From Eledone cirrhosa (lineage: Eukaryota), in the NCBI GenBank assembly GCA_964016885.1, contig OZ024742.1:93062001-93126000 (forward strand): 64,000 bases of DNA, written 5' to 3'. Positions within the stretch are counted from its first letter, which is position 1; every line of letters begins with the position of its first letter. The translations under genes were made by a program, and so were the position numbers. Shown piece after piece: positions 50,409 to 64,000 of this stretch. The notes under the pieces are model-generated. The model saw only the letters and a list, made by a program, of their open reading frames with translations, made no database searches and was not told where the DNA came from.

Positions 50409-52589
50409 ATGTATGCTAGTGCCTGCATTTGTGTGTGTGCATGTATGTAAGTGTGTGAATGTGTGTTTAATGTACAATACAAACTATGAAAATAAATAGT
50501 GATCTTAATACATAAGTAACAAAACCTTGTTTTTGCTTTTGGAAACAAGAATTGTATTTTTATCTGCATGTGTGTCTGTAGGTGCATGTATATATGTATA
50601 TGTGTGTGTGTGTGTGCATGGATGTTTGCTTTATAATTGTTTGTATATGTGCATATTTGTATTGTGTGTGTTCGTGTGTGTGTGTATATACACATTTGCA
50701 TTGTACATGTTTGCGTCATGTGTGTTTGTATGTTGAGTTTGTGCACATGTGCTTGCCTTTCATATATTTAGATTTTTTTCTTCAAGACAGGCTGCTCTCT
50801 GTATATGTGTGTATATATACTGTATACATATATATATATACACACATAGACATTGTCTTCATATGTATGCATATTTATTAACTCATGTAGGACATACACA
50901 CATGCAATATAAGACATGCACACATACACACACATATACCCACACATGCATAGCATATATAAACAGATTAATCATTGATACAATGTTATAGCATCACATG
51001 GTTTTCTGAAAATCCCAGGCTTTGTGTCTTTGCGAGACAGTTTTCCTTTAGCTTCTAAGGTTATGAAGATGATGGTGATGGTGATAATGGTGGATATGAT
51101 GGTGATGGTGATAATGATGATGATGGTAATGATGGAAATATTGATTTTGATGATGATGATGATAATGTTAATGATGGAAATGTTGATTTTGATGGTGATG
51201 ATGATGGTAATCATGATGATTTTAATGATGGTGTATTGTTTAATTGATCAACCAATCACCCAACCTCTTCCATAGCAATCATATACTCATGGTTGCTTCT
51301 ATGGTTCTTTTCTGATGAATTTTGTATATTTACCATAGTGTTCACTCGCCCTTAATTTTGAGTTTATTTTTGTCCGGCCACCTTCCTGTTGGCAAGGTTG
51401 TAAAGAACAAAATTCTCATCTCTCATGTAAGCATTCATTTGTTTGAATTGTATGTATGTATGTATCATCATCATCATCATCATCATCATCACTGTTATAC
51501 GTCCGTTCTTCCACACTTGCATGGGTTAGACGGGTTGTCCTGTTGTGGGCAGTGTCCAGTTGGCTGACCTTGTCTTGCTCATACAGGAACTGATTCTGGC
51601 TTGATTTCTACAGCTGGATGCCCTTCCTAACACCAGCCTCATTTACAGTGAGTGCTGGGTGTTTTTTTTCCGTGGTGCCTACACGTCCACTTTACAGTGA
51701 GTGCTGGGTGCTTTTTTGCTGTGGCACCTCCACGACCACTTTGCAGTGGGAGGGGGTGGGGGCATATTGTCTATATGTATGTATGTATGTACGTATGTAC
51801 GTATGTATGTATGGGTTTATATATTTGTGTGTGTATGTGAGTGTATGTATGTACGTGTGTATGTATGTGTGTATGCATGTATGTGTGTATGTAGATGTGT
51901 ATGATATATGTCAGGTCACCAGTTGGTGCTACTGGTAACATGTATCCCAGTACAACCTGTCTCATGCTCAGGTCGTTGGCAACTAAACTGGCAACCCCAC
52001 CAAGGTTTCTTGGTGAGGAGGGTGACTTTGGACATCCTACAGGACTAAAAACAAAACCTTTCAAAGGGCAAAGGAGCTCTTAAGAGTCAATGGCCATCCA
52101 AATTCACCGGGAGAGATGACCCCTTAGCCTTTGTCAAGGCAGAATTCTAGGAGAAGGAAAACTCTGATATAACACCTGCAACCCTGATGGTATCCAATGA
52201 TGTTGACTTGTTCTTCTTTTTGGTAAATATCATCTTGGTTAAGAGAGTGGGACTGGCTTTGTGCAGTGCCTTTGCTCACTATAAAAGCTTCACGGCACAG
52301 GCATTGCTTTGAATCTGGAGATCTCTCTGCACTTGTCATCACATGGTACCATGGGCCCAGCACTGTGTGTCAATAATTGTCACAAGTGTAGTGTTTGTAC
52401 CAGAGTTTTCAAGTCGCTGGCTGAACTAAAAAGTCACACTTGTTTAGCGCATCGGTAGGGGTTCTCCTACATGGATATCACGTAGTGGCCGTACTCGAAA
52501 ACGAGTTGGCAGCCACCATGATATATGTATGTATTAACGTATGCATGTAAGAGAGAAGGAAGTGATTTGGTGAAAATGTCTTCTTTGCC

Positions 52590-53960
52590 AACTTATTCCT
52601 GAGTAGGTCATGAGGGAAGAGCCCTCAAACACTCCTAGCAGGCCCTGCCAGAAGCAACCATCTCCAACTGATGCGGCTGGATCACCAAGTAAGATGAGTC
52701 AAGTTCATGGATAATATCCAACCATGCTGCTTGGGCTCTACCTATGGGTCTCCTGCCGATTTGTTTTGCCTGTAAAATCTGTCCAGCGATTCTTTCCTCA
52801 GATATTCTAAGCACATGCCCATAGCATTGGAGCTGTGATCTCTCAATTTTGAAAAGTAGCAGCTCTACCTAGAATGATTCTCTGATCTCCAAGTAATGTT
52901 ACTCCAAAGATCCTTTGGAGGAACCTCAATTCGGCTGCTTGTATTCACAATCTTATTCTTTTGGTCATTACCCAAGATTTATGACCATAAGTAAGGATTA
53001 TCATGAATACCGAATTGTAGATACTGAGTTTGGCTTTTACACCTACCTCCTTCTTCTGATTAATGAATGCTGAAATGGTGCATTACTGCACCAGCTTCTG
53101 CAATTCTTGCACTTAATTCAGCCTCCTACCTTTCATCACTCATAAACATAGCCCCGAGATATTTGAACTACTCTACCTGCTTCAGTGGAACTCCATCTAC
53201 ATGTAGAGTGTACTGCGAAGGCTTCTTTGAGTGGACAAGTGATTCAGTTTTCACAGCACTGATTTTCATTCCAGCCATGCAGCACTTGGCATCAAATGGA
53301 AAGGCCTTACTTGACTTCTGTTTTAGCAATGGACTCTCTATTATGAATACCTTCATCCAGCACAGAGACACCCAAAAATATACATGGTATAAGGGGAATT
53401 GGGGACAGAGATAAATAATTGATTTTGTTATTGTCTCTGATCTCTTTGAACTCTGTATTGGATGTTCGTGTTAAGTGAGGGGCTGAGCTGTCAACTGATC
53501 ACCATCTAGTTATCTGCAAATTGAGACTACCTAAAGCCAAAGAAGCCCACAAAACTGGCAGCTTCTGGGCGACCTACAGGATAAAGTGGAAATCATTTGT
53601 GTATAAGGAAGTCAGGATCAGATACTATTGCATCCAAATTCAGAAAACTCCCTGAGCAAACTGAGGGCAGTGAGACAGACTGGAGATTGTTCAGTGTAGC
53701 AGTTTCTGCTCCAGCTGTTAAATATTGTGGGCAAAAGAGGCTTGGTGTAATGCCGGATGGCAGGAGGGTACCTTGGTGCAATCAAAAGGTCAAAGATGCC
53801 ATCTGAGCAAAGAAGGAGGTTTACAAAGCTTGGCTTGGAAATAAGTCCTCCTTCTTGCACTTGTAGTAGAAGCAGGCATGAAGAATCACAGTAGAGACAA
53901 CAGTAAAGCTGTCAAAACTTAAGACATGGGAGAACTTTGAGGTTAAACTGGAATCTAACA
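52590..53960. mobile_element. Old RTE-type LINE remnants in opposite orientations (RT/C-terminus on minus, APE/linker on plus)
   Basis: Minus 52600-53285: AGMKISAVKTE...LKQVE.FKYLG, QLQCYGHVLR, GRAQAAW. Plus 53290-53960: NGKALLDFC...MNTFIQH..HKYTW-like, IDFVI, STDHHLV. Confidence 0.75.
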
Positions 53961-54099
53961 TGAGATCATTTAAGATGCTTATTTTTTAAATTTTGAACAT
54001 ACATATATATATCATCATCATCATCATCTTTTAATGTCCATTCTCCATGCTACAAATAGAAACAACACACACAGACGCATGTATGTATATATATGTATA

Positions 54100-54405
54100 A
54101 AGAATCATATGATTGAAATTACATTTATTTCTTGATCCTGGCAATTGTTTCTATATTATAAAATTCCTTTTCATGGTTTAAAAGCAAAATAATTGATTAT
54201 TTTCCAAGAAATTTCATTTATTTGCTGGTATTTTAAATATAGTCAAACAGAATTTGCTGAATTTATTTTGAGATCCTCAGAAGAAATGCTACAATTTTCT
54301 CATTTCTGGGGAAAATAATCAGTTGTTTTGTTTTTAGTCTCATGAAAAGGAATTTTATAGCAGACACAAGTGTCAGGATCAAGAGATATATGTTATTCCA
54401 ATCGT
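54100..54405. repeat. Old inverted repeat with decayed hammerhead-like cores
   Basis: TCTTGATCCTGGCAATTGTTTC...TTCCTTTTCATG versus CATGAAAAGGAATTTT...GTGTCAGGATCAAGA. Confidence 0.65.
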
Positions 54406-54699
54406 TCTATTATTTTTTGTTGATATAAAGCTTTGTAATGGATTACAAGGAACAACTCAGATGTGATACATGAAAGTATAATTGGGATAAGGACATTAAT
54501 TCTCAACCATTTTCTTTGTTGTTCCACATACGACATCCCTCCACCAACTGTTACATTGCACATAAAAGGAAACTAGTGAGATGTAAAAAGTCTTTGTTTA
54601 TATAAATATATATATATATATATGTGTGGGTGTGTGTTTATATATATATATGTGTATATATATATATATATATAAACATATAAACATATATTGTTTTTG

Positions 54700-56010
54700 T
54701 ATGTTTTGCAAGATCTTTGCAAAGTATAACAGATATTGTCATACTGTGGGAGGGTCATGCTACCAATAAAAACACATGCACCTGTTAGGTTTTACTTCGT
54801 TTTATTGTTATAATTTTCCAGTCGATATTTTATTAACTGGATGGTTGTTTAGTTGTTGACTGTCATCAACGCTCTTTCGTCACAGATTCTGTGAGCTCCT
54901 CAGGGACTACGTCTGTTGTTATATTTTGTCTTTCCTTTGTTCTGTCTTACACCATCTTGTTTTTCTGAGCTGTGTACTTGGGCTGCTCATGCATTATATC
55001 CAGGTTTGTGTGTATGTGTTTATTTACTTAATTTATTTATTTATATGTTTATTTGTATTTTTTCTCTCTTTCCTACTTGTCAGTAGTTGATTACTTGCTC
55101 TATATGTGTGTTTATCTTATGTCTCTATATGTCTTTATATTATCTTTAGTTACTATGTTGTGAGGTTATTGCTATTCCACTGATGCTTTCTATTGAGTTT
55201 TGGTTGGAATTAATTTAAGTTTTTGTTTCAGTAATCTGTTGGAGCATTGTATCTGTTCTGTGCCTGGATATAATTTTTATCATGATGTTCTCTACTGAAT
55301 CCCCATGTTCCATTGTGGCATGTTAATGGAGTACTGAAGAGTTTTTCTCATCTTGGAGTTCTTGCTAGCATTCTTTAATCCGTTCTCCCATGCTATGGAC
55401 CATTTCACCTATGTATCCCACAGTGTTCTCCTTTGCATCTTATGCTATATACTGCATTACTACTTTTACAAATAATCCATGGGATTAATCTGCAGACTAT
55501 ACATTTTCTATCAGTACAGGATGTTTTCTCAAAATGATATGTTCTGCAAATGAGTGCTTTTATGGGATTATCTGGTTTTCTACTATCTTAATATTTAATA
55601 TTAATTTGTCTAGAGCCCTTCTAAATCTGTATGCTAGTTTGCCTCTGAGGGTAGCATTGACAAACATTACACTCTGGTATTTGTTGCTGTCATACCATGA
55701 GTTGATCTTATTTGTCTTTTTCTTAGTTCTCTCAATCCTATTCCAAACTTATTTGTTCTCTCTATCCTATTCAAAACTTTGCTCCTATACCGTCTTAGTG
55801 TTTCTTTGTATAATGATAATTCTTCATATCACATGTGATTCCATATCCATGGTGGATACATACTGCCAGCTAAAACTTGATGGTAGTATTTGTCCTTAAC
55901 TCTTCTAATACCAAACTGCCTGAAACCAATATCTATGATATTAAACTGTATATTTTAAAATGTTTATATTTATCTAAAGATTTCCCATCATGAATTTATT
56001 TAAGAACCTT
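54700..56010 (-). mobile_element. Degenerate Penelope-like element (RT end + GIY-YIG) with a 3' hammerhead-like motif
   Basis: Minus-strand remnants ending FQPKLN (compare 11361-11378). CUGAGGA-TCACAG/CTGTGA-GAAA at 54862-54908 (-). Confidence 0.55.
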
Positions 56011-57187
56011 TATAAAGTAAAGCTCGAGGTTTAGAAGAAAAAGTAAAATTATTGATTATTTTCAAAATAATTTGCAAATCATAAGTAGTCTTTCATTAGA
56101 AATATGGTAACAAAACGGTTTATAATCATAGGACTATGTGAATTGGCCTAGCTAGCCTTTTCACTGTACTGGTGGCTGAAAAATTAATTGTCTAACCAAG
56201 ATACTCTCATAGAATGACCAATTGAGGTTTATTTTTTCACATAGTCCCTGGAGAAGAGTTGAAATTAATGCATGTAAGATTTCACAGCTCTAGCATCACT
56301 CTTTTATAGTCAGCCTATGAACATTTCAGCCTACCCTCGTAAGTATTGGGTTTATGACTTCAACCTCAGACCTCAAACAGCATTGAAGAATTTTGTTCCA
56401 AAGTTAGACATTTTGAGGATAGAAATGTGTTTGAAATTAGTGTTACTTTGAATGTATTGAGAAACTATTCTTATATTTTTTCCTTCGTTCGGTTATAAGA
56501 CTGTTACCATTCTAAGGCGCCACCTTAAGCGAAATTAGTTTATCATATCAACTTCAATATGTATTTTTTCAAGTAGGGTACTTATTTTATTGATCTCTTT
56601 TTTCTTTATTTTTGAGCTACTAAGTTAGAAGATATAAAAAAAAAAACACAGACATGAACAGACTCACAAACGCACATACACATATCCACACATATTCACA
56701 AACATCCACACACACATAGGATATGGGCTTTTGCACAGTTTCTGGCTATCAAATTTGATTCATGAGGTGTTGAACAATCTGAGGCTATAGAAGAGGACAC
56801 TTGCTTAACCCTTTACCATTGCTCTATATTTACTAGTGTATTTTTGTGGTTAATGCTTTACCTCACATAATTATTTCACATAATCCCCAGTTATGAAACA
56901 AGTTGCTTAACAACACAGCCATGATGGCGCCAATAAGAGAATCCTTCTTGAGTTTATACAATTACCAAATTTTGAGGTGTTACAGAATGTCTTTGTGTTA
57001 TCGCAATATTGAAAAGATAAATTTAAATAGAGACATTTACATATATTGAGGTAATAAAAGGAAAATTAGAAAATATTCCATAAAAGATATATTGGGAAAA
57101 TATATGAAATTTTAGGAGAGAAAATATTTCTTGTATTTAAGGTAACATAAATCATTTACAGTTTATGTATATCTATGTATGTATACG

Positions 57188-57218
<31 letters not shown>

Positions 57219-57280
57219 GTATATAGATATATATATATACACGTATATACACACAAACACACACATATATATACACACAT

Positions 57281-57345
<65 letters not shown>

Positions 57346-57483
57346 TCATACCTCCGTAATATATGTATATTAATAGAAATGTGCACACACTCAAACATAT
57401 TCACATTCTTTCACAAGCAGGCTCATATATGAGTCTCTATTTCCCCTTTTCCATGTCCCTTATCTGGGAATGATAATATATAC

Positions 57484-57521
<38 letters not shown>

Positions 57522-57673
57522 TTGTGTATGTGTAATATATATGTAAGGTGATATAATTACATATATTTATACGTAAAATAAAAATGAAAAATTTACACAT
57601 ATATGTACACATTTACCAACACCTATACACACACATATATATATGAATGTCCAACCTATGCTAACACGTGTGT

Positions 57674-57728
<55 letters not shown>

Positions 57729-57758
57729 TCTATATGTAAATGTATGTCTGTATATATA

Positions 57759-57821
<63 letters not shown>

Positions 57822-58656
57822 ATATATGTGCGTGTGTATGTATATGTATATATGTACGTGTGTATATATATGCATATATGTCTGTGTATATATATATACA
57901 TGTGTGTGTATATATTTATGTGTTTATATATGTATGTAATGGAATTAGAAAACTAGAGAGAACATACATTTGTTTGCTTATCCTCCTACAGAATTGTGAG
58001 GCATCTGTTAAGGAAGGTAGAGATGTGTGAAAGAATAGTGATCAGAGCGACCATTTAGAAATTCCTTGGAAATTTCATGAAAATATATACTGCCATTAGA
58101 AATTCAATCAATTGTGATCTAAAACACACTTAAACTTACATATGTACATACACTAGTTTTTGTACTCACATGCATACATTAATGCATGTAAACATATGTA
58201 AATATCTGATCATACATGCAAAAATAAACACACTCGCATACATATATACATACATACAAGCACACAAACATACACACATACATATATACATACATGCTTG
58301 CATGCATACATACATTCATTCATTTGTGTGTGTATATGAGCATAATTTTAATACATATATATTTGCATATATATATATATATATATTTCTTGTTTCCTTG
58401 AACTATATATATTTATATACACTTAAAATATATATAGAGAGATGATTGTATGTATGACTGCATTCACATTAACATTCATAGCAAAATGTTGAAATTAGTC
58501 TTGGTGCCAATATATATGGACGAAGATCCTTATGTATTTAAAACAGGAAATTATGCTACTATCTATAGTAATTTATGCTATTATATATATTTGAACATAT
58601 TTGTATACAATTATGTGGTAAAGAATATGTAATTGTCTGTATATATATATGCGTGC

Positions 58657-58703
<47 letters not shown>

Positions 58704-59689
58704 TTTGTGTACATGTGTGTTATTAAAGTCACAACTATTTTCAAGTTTCAACTTCTTTATTAGAGCCTTGTATTTTCTTTACAAGTTCCCTCCAGTTTGT
58801 AAGGAACAACAAACTTCCTCAGCCCATAATTTAATCAACATTCCATTTCTAGACTACCACTATTTCATTATCAAAGAAGTTTTTGGCTTTTTAAAACTTT
58901 TCTTTTATTGCAAGCATTTGTAGTTTCTGAAGCTTTATTCAGTTTTTTCTTTACCAATTTTCTATGGCTTTATTATTGGAATTTGATTCTTAAATCTTGA
59001 CTATTGGACTTATATATTACAAGACCTGTGTTTATAACGTATGTGTGCTGTTTGAGTAGTTGGCATTATACTGGATATTGTTCTTGGTGCTATGTTTCGA
59101 TATAAGCATCACTTCCAAGATTATATACCAATTTTGTTTGGAATTTTGTATATGAACAAATCACATGCATGCACACCTGAAAACAACTTCCAAATAACTA
59201 ATGTGATTTACTAATTCAACTGGAAAAGCAAAAGTTGTAAAGATATTCTGTTTGTCAACATTTAAGATCCAGGAGTATCAAACATATTTGCCATTATTAA
59301 GGCAAACTGCTAACCTTGTACCAAAGCACAATATTGAAACATCTAGGGAAGGAAACCTCAATCATCAACAATGAATGCCAACCAAAGAACCTAAATAAAC
59401 ATCTCACAAGGGAAAAATTTACACTAGAAAATTATTTCGAATGTTCTGTTAGATAGTAAATGCTAGACATAGAGTAGTAACTATGTGAAAACTGGTTGTG
59501 GGATAAAATAAAAAAAATAATCAATCCTTTAAAATACACACAGAAATTAAGCTTAAAATAGAAAATTTGGTACATTTTATAGACTTGGCTGCCATAAGAA
59601 TTATAATGGTCAGACCAGTAAATCTTTGTGTGAGTGTGTCAGGGCACAAATAATAGATACAAAACCTGGAACTAAGGAAAGTCCCACAA

Positions 59690-61075
59690 AGCAAACATTT
59701 ATAAATTTGCAGCTAAGAAAAGATTTGTATCATTGGCAAACATGATAACATTTAGAAGTGGAACTGCATAGCGCATATCATTGACATATATAAGAAAAAG
59801 GAGGAGAGCCAATATTGAAACTTGAGGAACCACAAGATGTTGGTTTTTATTTGGATTCAGTGACATCAATTTGCACAAACTGGTATCTATTGCCCAAGTA
59901 ACTTTCCAACCAGTAATTGGGAGAAAACTGGTAAAAACGATATTGGTCAATAATTACTAACTTCTGTTTTTGCACCTGATTTAAAAAGTGGCATGACTTT
60001 TGCTATTTCATTTTTATCCAGAAATACTCCAAATGCAAATGAAGTATTAAAAACATGTTTTAATGGGACTTTTATTGATTCATATGCAATTTCAACAATC
60101 TTTGTGCTCAAAGAGTCATATCCAGGCGTTTTGTTCATATTTCAATGAGTTTCCAATGAGTGAATGCGTTCTTAAATTCCTTATCCATAAATGGATTAAT
60201 TTTGAATAAATGATTGGCCTTTCTTAAAAACCCAAGGAAGTTTTTATTGGTTCTTGGTATTATTGATGCGAGATTTGGACCAACACTGGTAAAAAATTTG
60301 TTGAATTCCTCAGTAATCAAGTTTTTGTACACCTTTTTGACATTTATTGATATGCAATTCAGATAATTATTAACAGGCTTCTTTTAAGAAATTATTGTTT
60401 TCATTACTGATGACATCTTTTTAAACATTTAATTTGTGTTTTTCAATTTGGCTTGAAAAATAAGAGATTTTAGCTTTCTCTTTAAAAATGTTAGCATATT
60501 TTTTGTACCTTTCCTAATTCTCCAGAGTTTTATTTTTTATGTATTTCAAATACAACCTTTGTTTTCGTTTAGAACTTAATAAAATTTCTACAGCCATTAA
60601 TTTATTCAAAATAGACTTTTCTTTCACCAATCTTTCCTTTATAGGAAAATATTCATTACAAAGATGTTCGAAATTAGCCAAAAAGTTATAAGATCTATTT
60701 GAGACATGTGTTGATAACAGACGTCCAATTACTTTCTCTGAGGTTATTGTTGAAAAGATTTAAATTTTCTTGTGTGAATATTCTCTTTTTAACCATTACT
60801 TTCTTCGATAGATTTTTAGGGCTGTATTGAATATCTAAGAAGATTGGATAATGATCACTGATTTTAGCACGTACGATGCCAGATTTAACATCCTGCTTAT
60901 GACTTAAATTTTAAAATGTTGCCAATCCAAGTGCTTTCTTTGGTTATTATGCAGATGTCATTAGTGATAAAAGGCATAATATAACTTTGATGCATTTTTT
61001 GCAAAATGTTTCTATCCTTTGGATCTGTGTTGTATGCAAATATGTTGAGATTAATGTCACCAGAAATAAATATTG
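59690..61075 (-). mobile_element. Degenerate CR1/L2-group LINE (APE + RT)
   Basis: IFISGDINLN and ISDHYPIF (APE); KTPGYD, IAKVMPLFKSG..SNY, VPQ.SIL.LLLFLIYVND and MFANDTNL (RT). Confidence 0.8.
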
Positions 61076-61789
61076 CTAAAGTTTCTTGAAAACAAATAAC
61101 AGAAAATTTTATAGGAAAAGCCGATAACAGTATTATCAGTTCATCAAAAATTTTTGAAAAGATCTTATGTTAAAACTTATAATCACAAGATCTCCTAACT
61201 AGATGGAGTGTCATAAAACAGTGTGTCAATGACACTTTCTGAAGGTTGCCTATTTACAAAATCATCAGGATCTATTTCATCATGCATGAGTAAATTAATG
61301 TTATTTCTCAAAATATTTCATAACTCAGAAACATAACTTTTGTCAGAAGCTAAGAAATTTTTTTTAATCCACTAGAAGGACAAAAACTCATTTATATGTT
61401 TAGTCTGATTTCTGCTTCTTGTTCAGCATTTGCTTTATTTTTTGGTTCTTTAATCAAGCTCTTATAAGAAACTTTTTCCTGATTTCCACAGTCTTTTTAG
61501 AAAAAATCCTTATTTACATTATATACATATCTTCTTAGCTTTGTACAGACGTATAACACACACACGCACGCGCACAAGTATAGCTTTTTATACAAAACGT
61601 TTTTTTTTTCTATTTCAGATAGACGCGCTCCATCATCAATTTTTCTAAAAAGGTATATCATACACAAAACGCCAGCATCAACAGTTTTCCAAGAAATGGC
61701 ATCATGAATGAACCTGTTATTTTTCTCTAAAAACATTTTTTCCAATTCCACGTCGCCCATCTCTTCAATCTTTCTAATTTCTATTTCTT

Positions 61790-61825
61790 TCTTCTGATGA
61801 AGGACTAGCATCCGAAACGTTGAGA
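61790..61825 (+). ncRNA. Minimal type I hammerhead ribozyme
   Basis: TCTT-CUGAUGA-AGGA CTAGCA TCC-GAAA-CG-UU-GAGA. Palindromic stem III ACGT. Confidence 0.75.
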
Positions 61826-61989
61826 CCCTCTTCCTGCTACTTCAAGCGTTAACCTAATATATTCCTTCTATATACTGTACAGATTGTGTTTTTATTTCTG
61901 TTTACCTTTTACACACACACACACATATATAAATATAGTTACAATTTGCTTACAAAACAAAAATTGAAGAGTCCAAGGCATTTGATTAC

Positions 61990-62094
61990 GCATGATAATT
62001 GTTTCTTCCCATGGTTCTATGTTCACTAATGGCAAATCATTTTATTTAACAATTTGCTATTAGTGAGCATAGACTATGGGTTTCATCAGAGTTT
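61990..62094 (-). ncRNA. Hammerhead-like motif with a very long stem II
   Basis: Minus strand: CUGAUGA-AA-CCCATAGTCTATGCTCACTAATAGCAAAT...ATTTGCCATTAGTGAACATAGAACCATGGG-AA-GAAA-CAATTA-UC. Stem I is weak. Confidence 0.5.
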
Positions 62095-62799
62095 AATTAA
62101 AATACCAGCACAAATCACTCAGGAAAAAGAATATATATTGCTCATCAAAATATCAGGATAAAAAATTATTTACAAATATAGTTAGAAAACCATCATAGTC
62201 AGAAAATATATTTTCAGGTGTGTTTCCTAGAATGAATTGGAGTTTATAGTTATAAAAATGGTGTCATTTGTATTAAAAGTTTTCCTAAAATGAGTTTGAA
62301 TATATAGAGTTTTAACAAAGCAATATTCATAGTTAGCCCAGGCAATTTAACAATTTCAACAGAGTTAAAAGATATTTACTGCTGACCTAACGTTATACCT
62401 GAACACTGTACACAATAATTTCATGATTATTATTATATTATTATGAAGCATGAAGTTATACGCAGTGAATATATATATATTTCAATGTTTCAGTTGTTAC
62501 AGATATGTTCTATCTACTATATTAATTATTAAATAATCGTTAATATTTAATTGAATGACTTTGCCTTTCATCCTTACGGGGTCGATAAAATAAAGTACCA
62601 GTAATGCACTGGGTAATTGCTGGCCTTGTGCCAAAAGTAGAAACAGTTAATATTTAATTGAATGTGAGAAGAGTATATTAGTATTAAAATAAACAAATAT
62701 TTATGTTTTACAGAATATTACTTCAGAGGGTAAATATGGGGTAGTTTAATGAATTAAACCAGTGTTAGATTTACAAAGGAGACGTTTTATTCACATAAA

Positions 62800-63670
62800 T
62801 AACATTACAAATATGTTTTAAACATATACATAAATAACATTACAAATGCGTAAATAACATTATAAATTGCTCGTTCAGGAGAACATTACAAATATAATAT
62901 CATTGATAACCAGAAATATTATCACATAAAAGACAGATAAAAAAACTTTAAAAAAAAAAAAAAAGGTGGGAAATTTACCACCAAGTACGAAAATCGGCTG
63001 CACATCAGATCATAAGGGTTAACTAAACACTTTGAGGCAAGCCAATATGCTAGCAGCATTGCCACAGGTGATAGCAAGGCTAAGGCACTGAAACAACCAG
63101 GCACCCTCACGGGCATCACCAAACACCTCAGTAAGGCAAGCCACCAGTAATGACAAGAACTTTGCTGTCAGTGGTCCAACACCACCAAATGCCTTGAATG
63201 TCACAGGCTCAAAAAAATAATTACTGGATAAATCCAGGTATTTCCGAATTTTATTCCATTTGGCAACGGAAGCAGTAACTCCCACATTTACTGCAGCATC
63301 AATGATGTGGGAGGGAGCAAAAGAGTCACTGTGGTATCTCAGATGAGACACCTACCTCTTACCCAGGGACAAACGGTAAGGCTGTCTGATCTCTTCTTAT
63401 CACTTCTGGATAAATCAGCTGGCTCCAGAACTGAGGGGATATTTACCCGAGCTAGGGCCCGATTGATGATCAGGTTTAGCTCAGTGTGGTGGGCCAAATG
63501 ACCAGCATTCAGGTGGCAGGACAAACATGTAGACCTGTGAAGTTGAGGTACTTGCCACAGTGGCATCTCAGACCCACATAGATGTTGGCTCCCACTTGAA
63601 GTGCAATGGAAATGCGGATTCATCCTGATTGAGAAGGCTGCCAATGTTGGCTACAAGCCCAGCAGTCCCA
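62800..63670 (-). mobile_element. CRE-clade (RLE-type) non-LTR retrotransposon 3' fragment
   Basis: HHTELNLIINRAL...LEPADLSRSDKKRSD..PW..GRCLI, KIRKY..YFFEPV..AFGGVG, QCLSLAITCGNAASIL. The 3' UTR motif TAAATAACATTATAAATTGCTC also occurs at ~17473. Confidence 0.8.
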
Positions 63671-64000
63671 CAAGTACTTTGCAGAAAGTAAGCGGTACCT
63701 AGAAAATTGATCGGAATGATGAATGGGAGATTTAAAACTAGAATATTAGTTATCTAAATATTTTTGCTAAGTACATATATTTGAATTAATATATGTTAAG
63801 CATTTACACTTATTTAAGGGACATTTTATATATGACCAAGATATATAAGTGTGTGATGTATTTAAGAAAATCAATACATTATAATGAAATATAATTTATT
63901 TAGTTCATTATATTGAATAAATTAATATGACTTGTTAATTCTCTATCAGTATATTTTATAGTATATAAATGTGTGAGTTTACCTAAACATTATTCCAATA

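Noticed and set aside
51910-52000. Possible HDV-like ribozyme at an RTE-type 5' region
   Set aside because: Some pairings exist (CCAGT/ACTGG, ACCTG/CAGGT), but I could not build the P1/P1.1/P3 nested double pseudoknot by eye.

Overview
Repeat-saturated, AT-rich eukaryotic DNA, most likely from a cephalopod (Octopus-type). That assignment is inferred from TTAGGG telomere variants, Nin/Deu- and CORE/Meta-type tRNA SINEs, RTE LINEs with (GAT)n tails and very dense (TA)n/(CA)n tracts. I found no intact host protein-coding gene. The window opens with a degenerate telomere-like satellite. It then holds a full-length but decayed Gypsy LTR element (TAGCC TSD) that appears to be self-primed, two long RTE LINEs and many RTE 3' fragments, L1/Tx1, R4/Dong, CRE and CR1/L2 remnants, three Penelope-like remnants (one Naiad-type), MITEs, SINEs and possible pseudo-exons on the minus strand. 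The main unannotated signal is a dense set of type I hammerhead ribozyme (HHR) motifs, about 15-20 counting decayed ones, in several unrelated non-coding families. These include a ~423-490 bp retrozyme-like monomer in tandem and inverted arrays (40415-42580 and 49340-50372), a 558 bp partial-tandem element whose upstream copy starts just after the predicted cleavage site (46876-47622), and a 413 bp palindrome with an HHR in each arm (47808-48220). Most ORF-track entries are microsatellite or antisense artefacts. All motifs and coordinates were read by eye and need computational confirmation.
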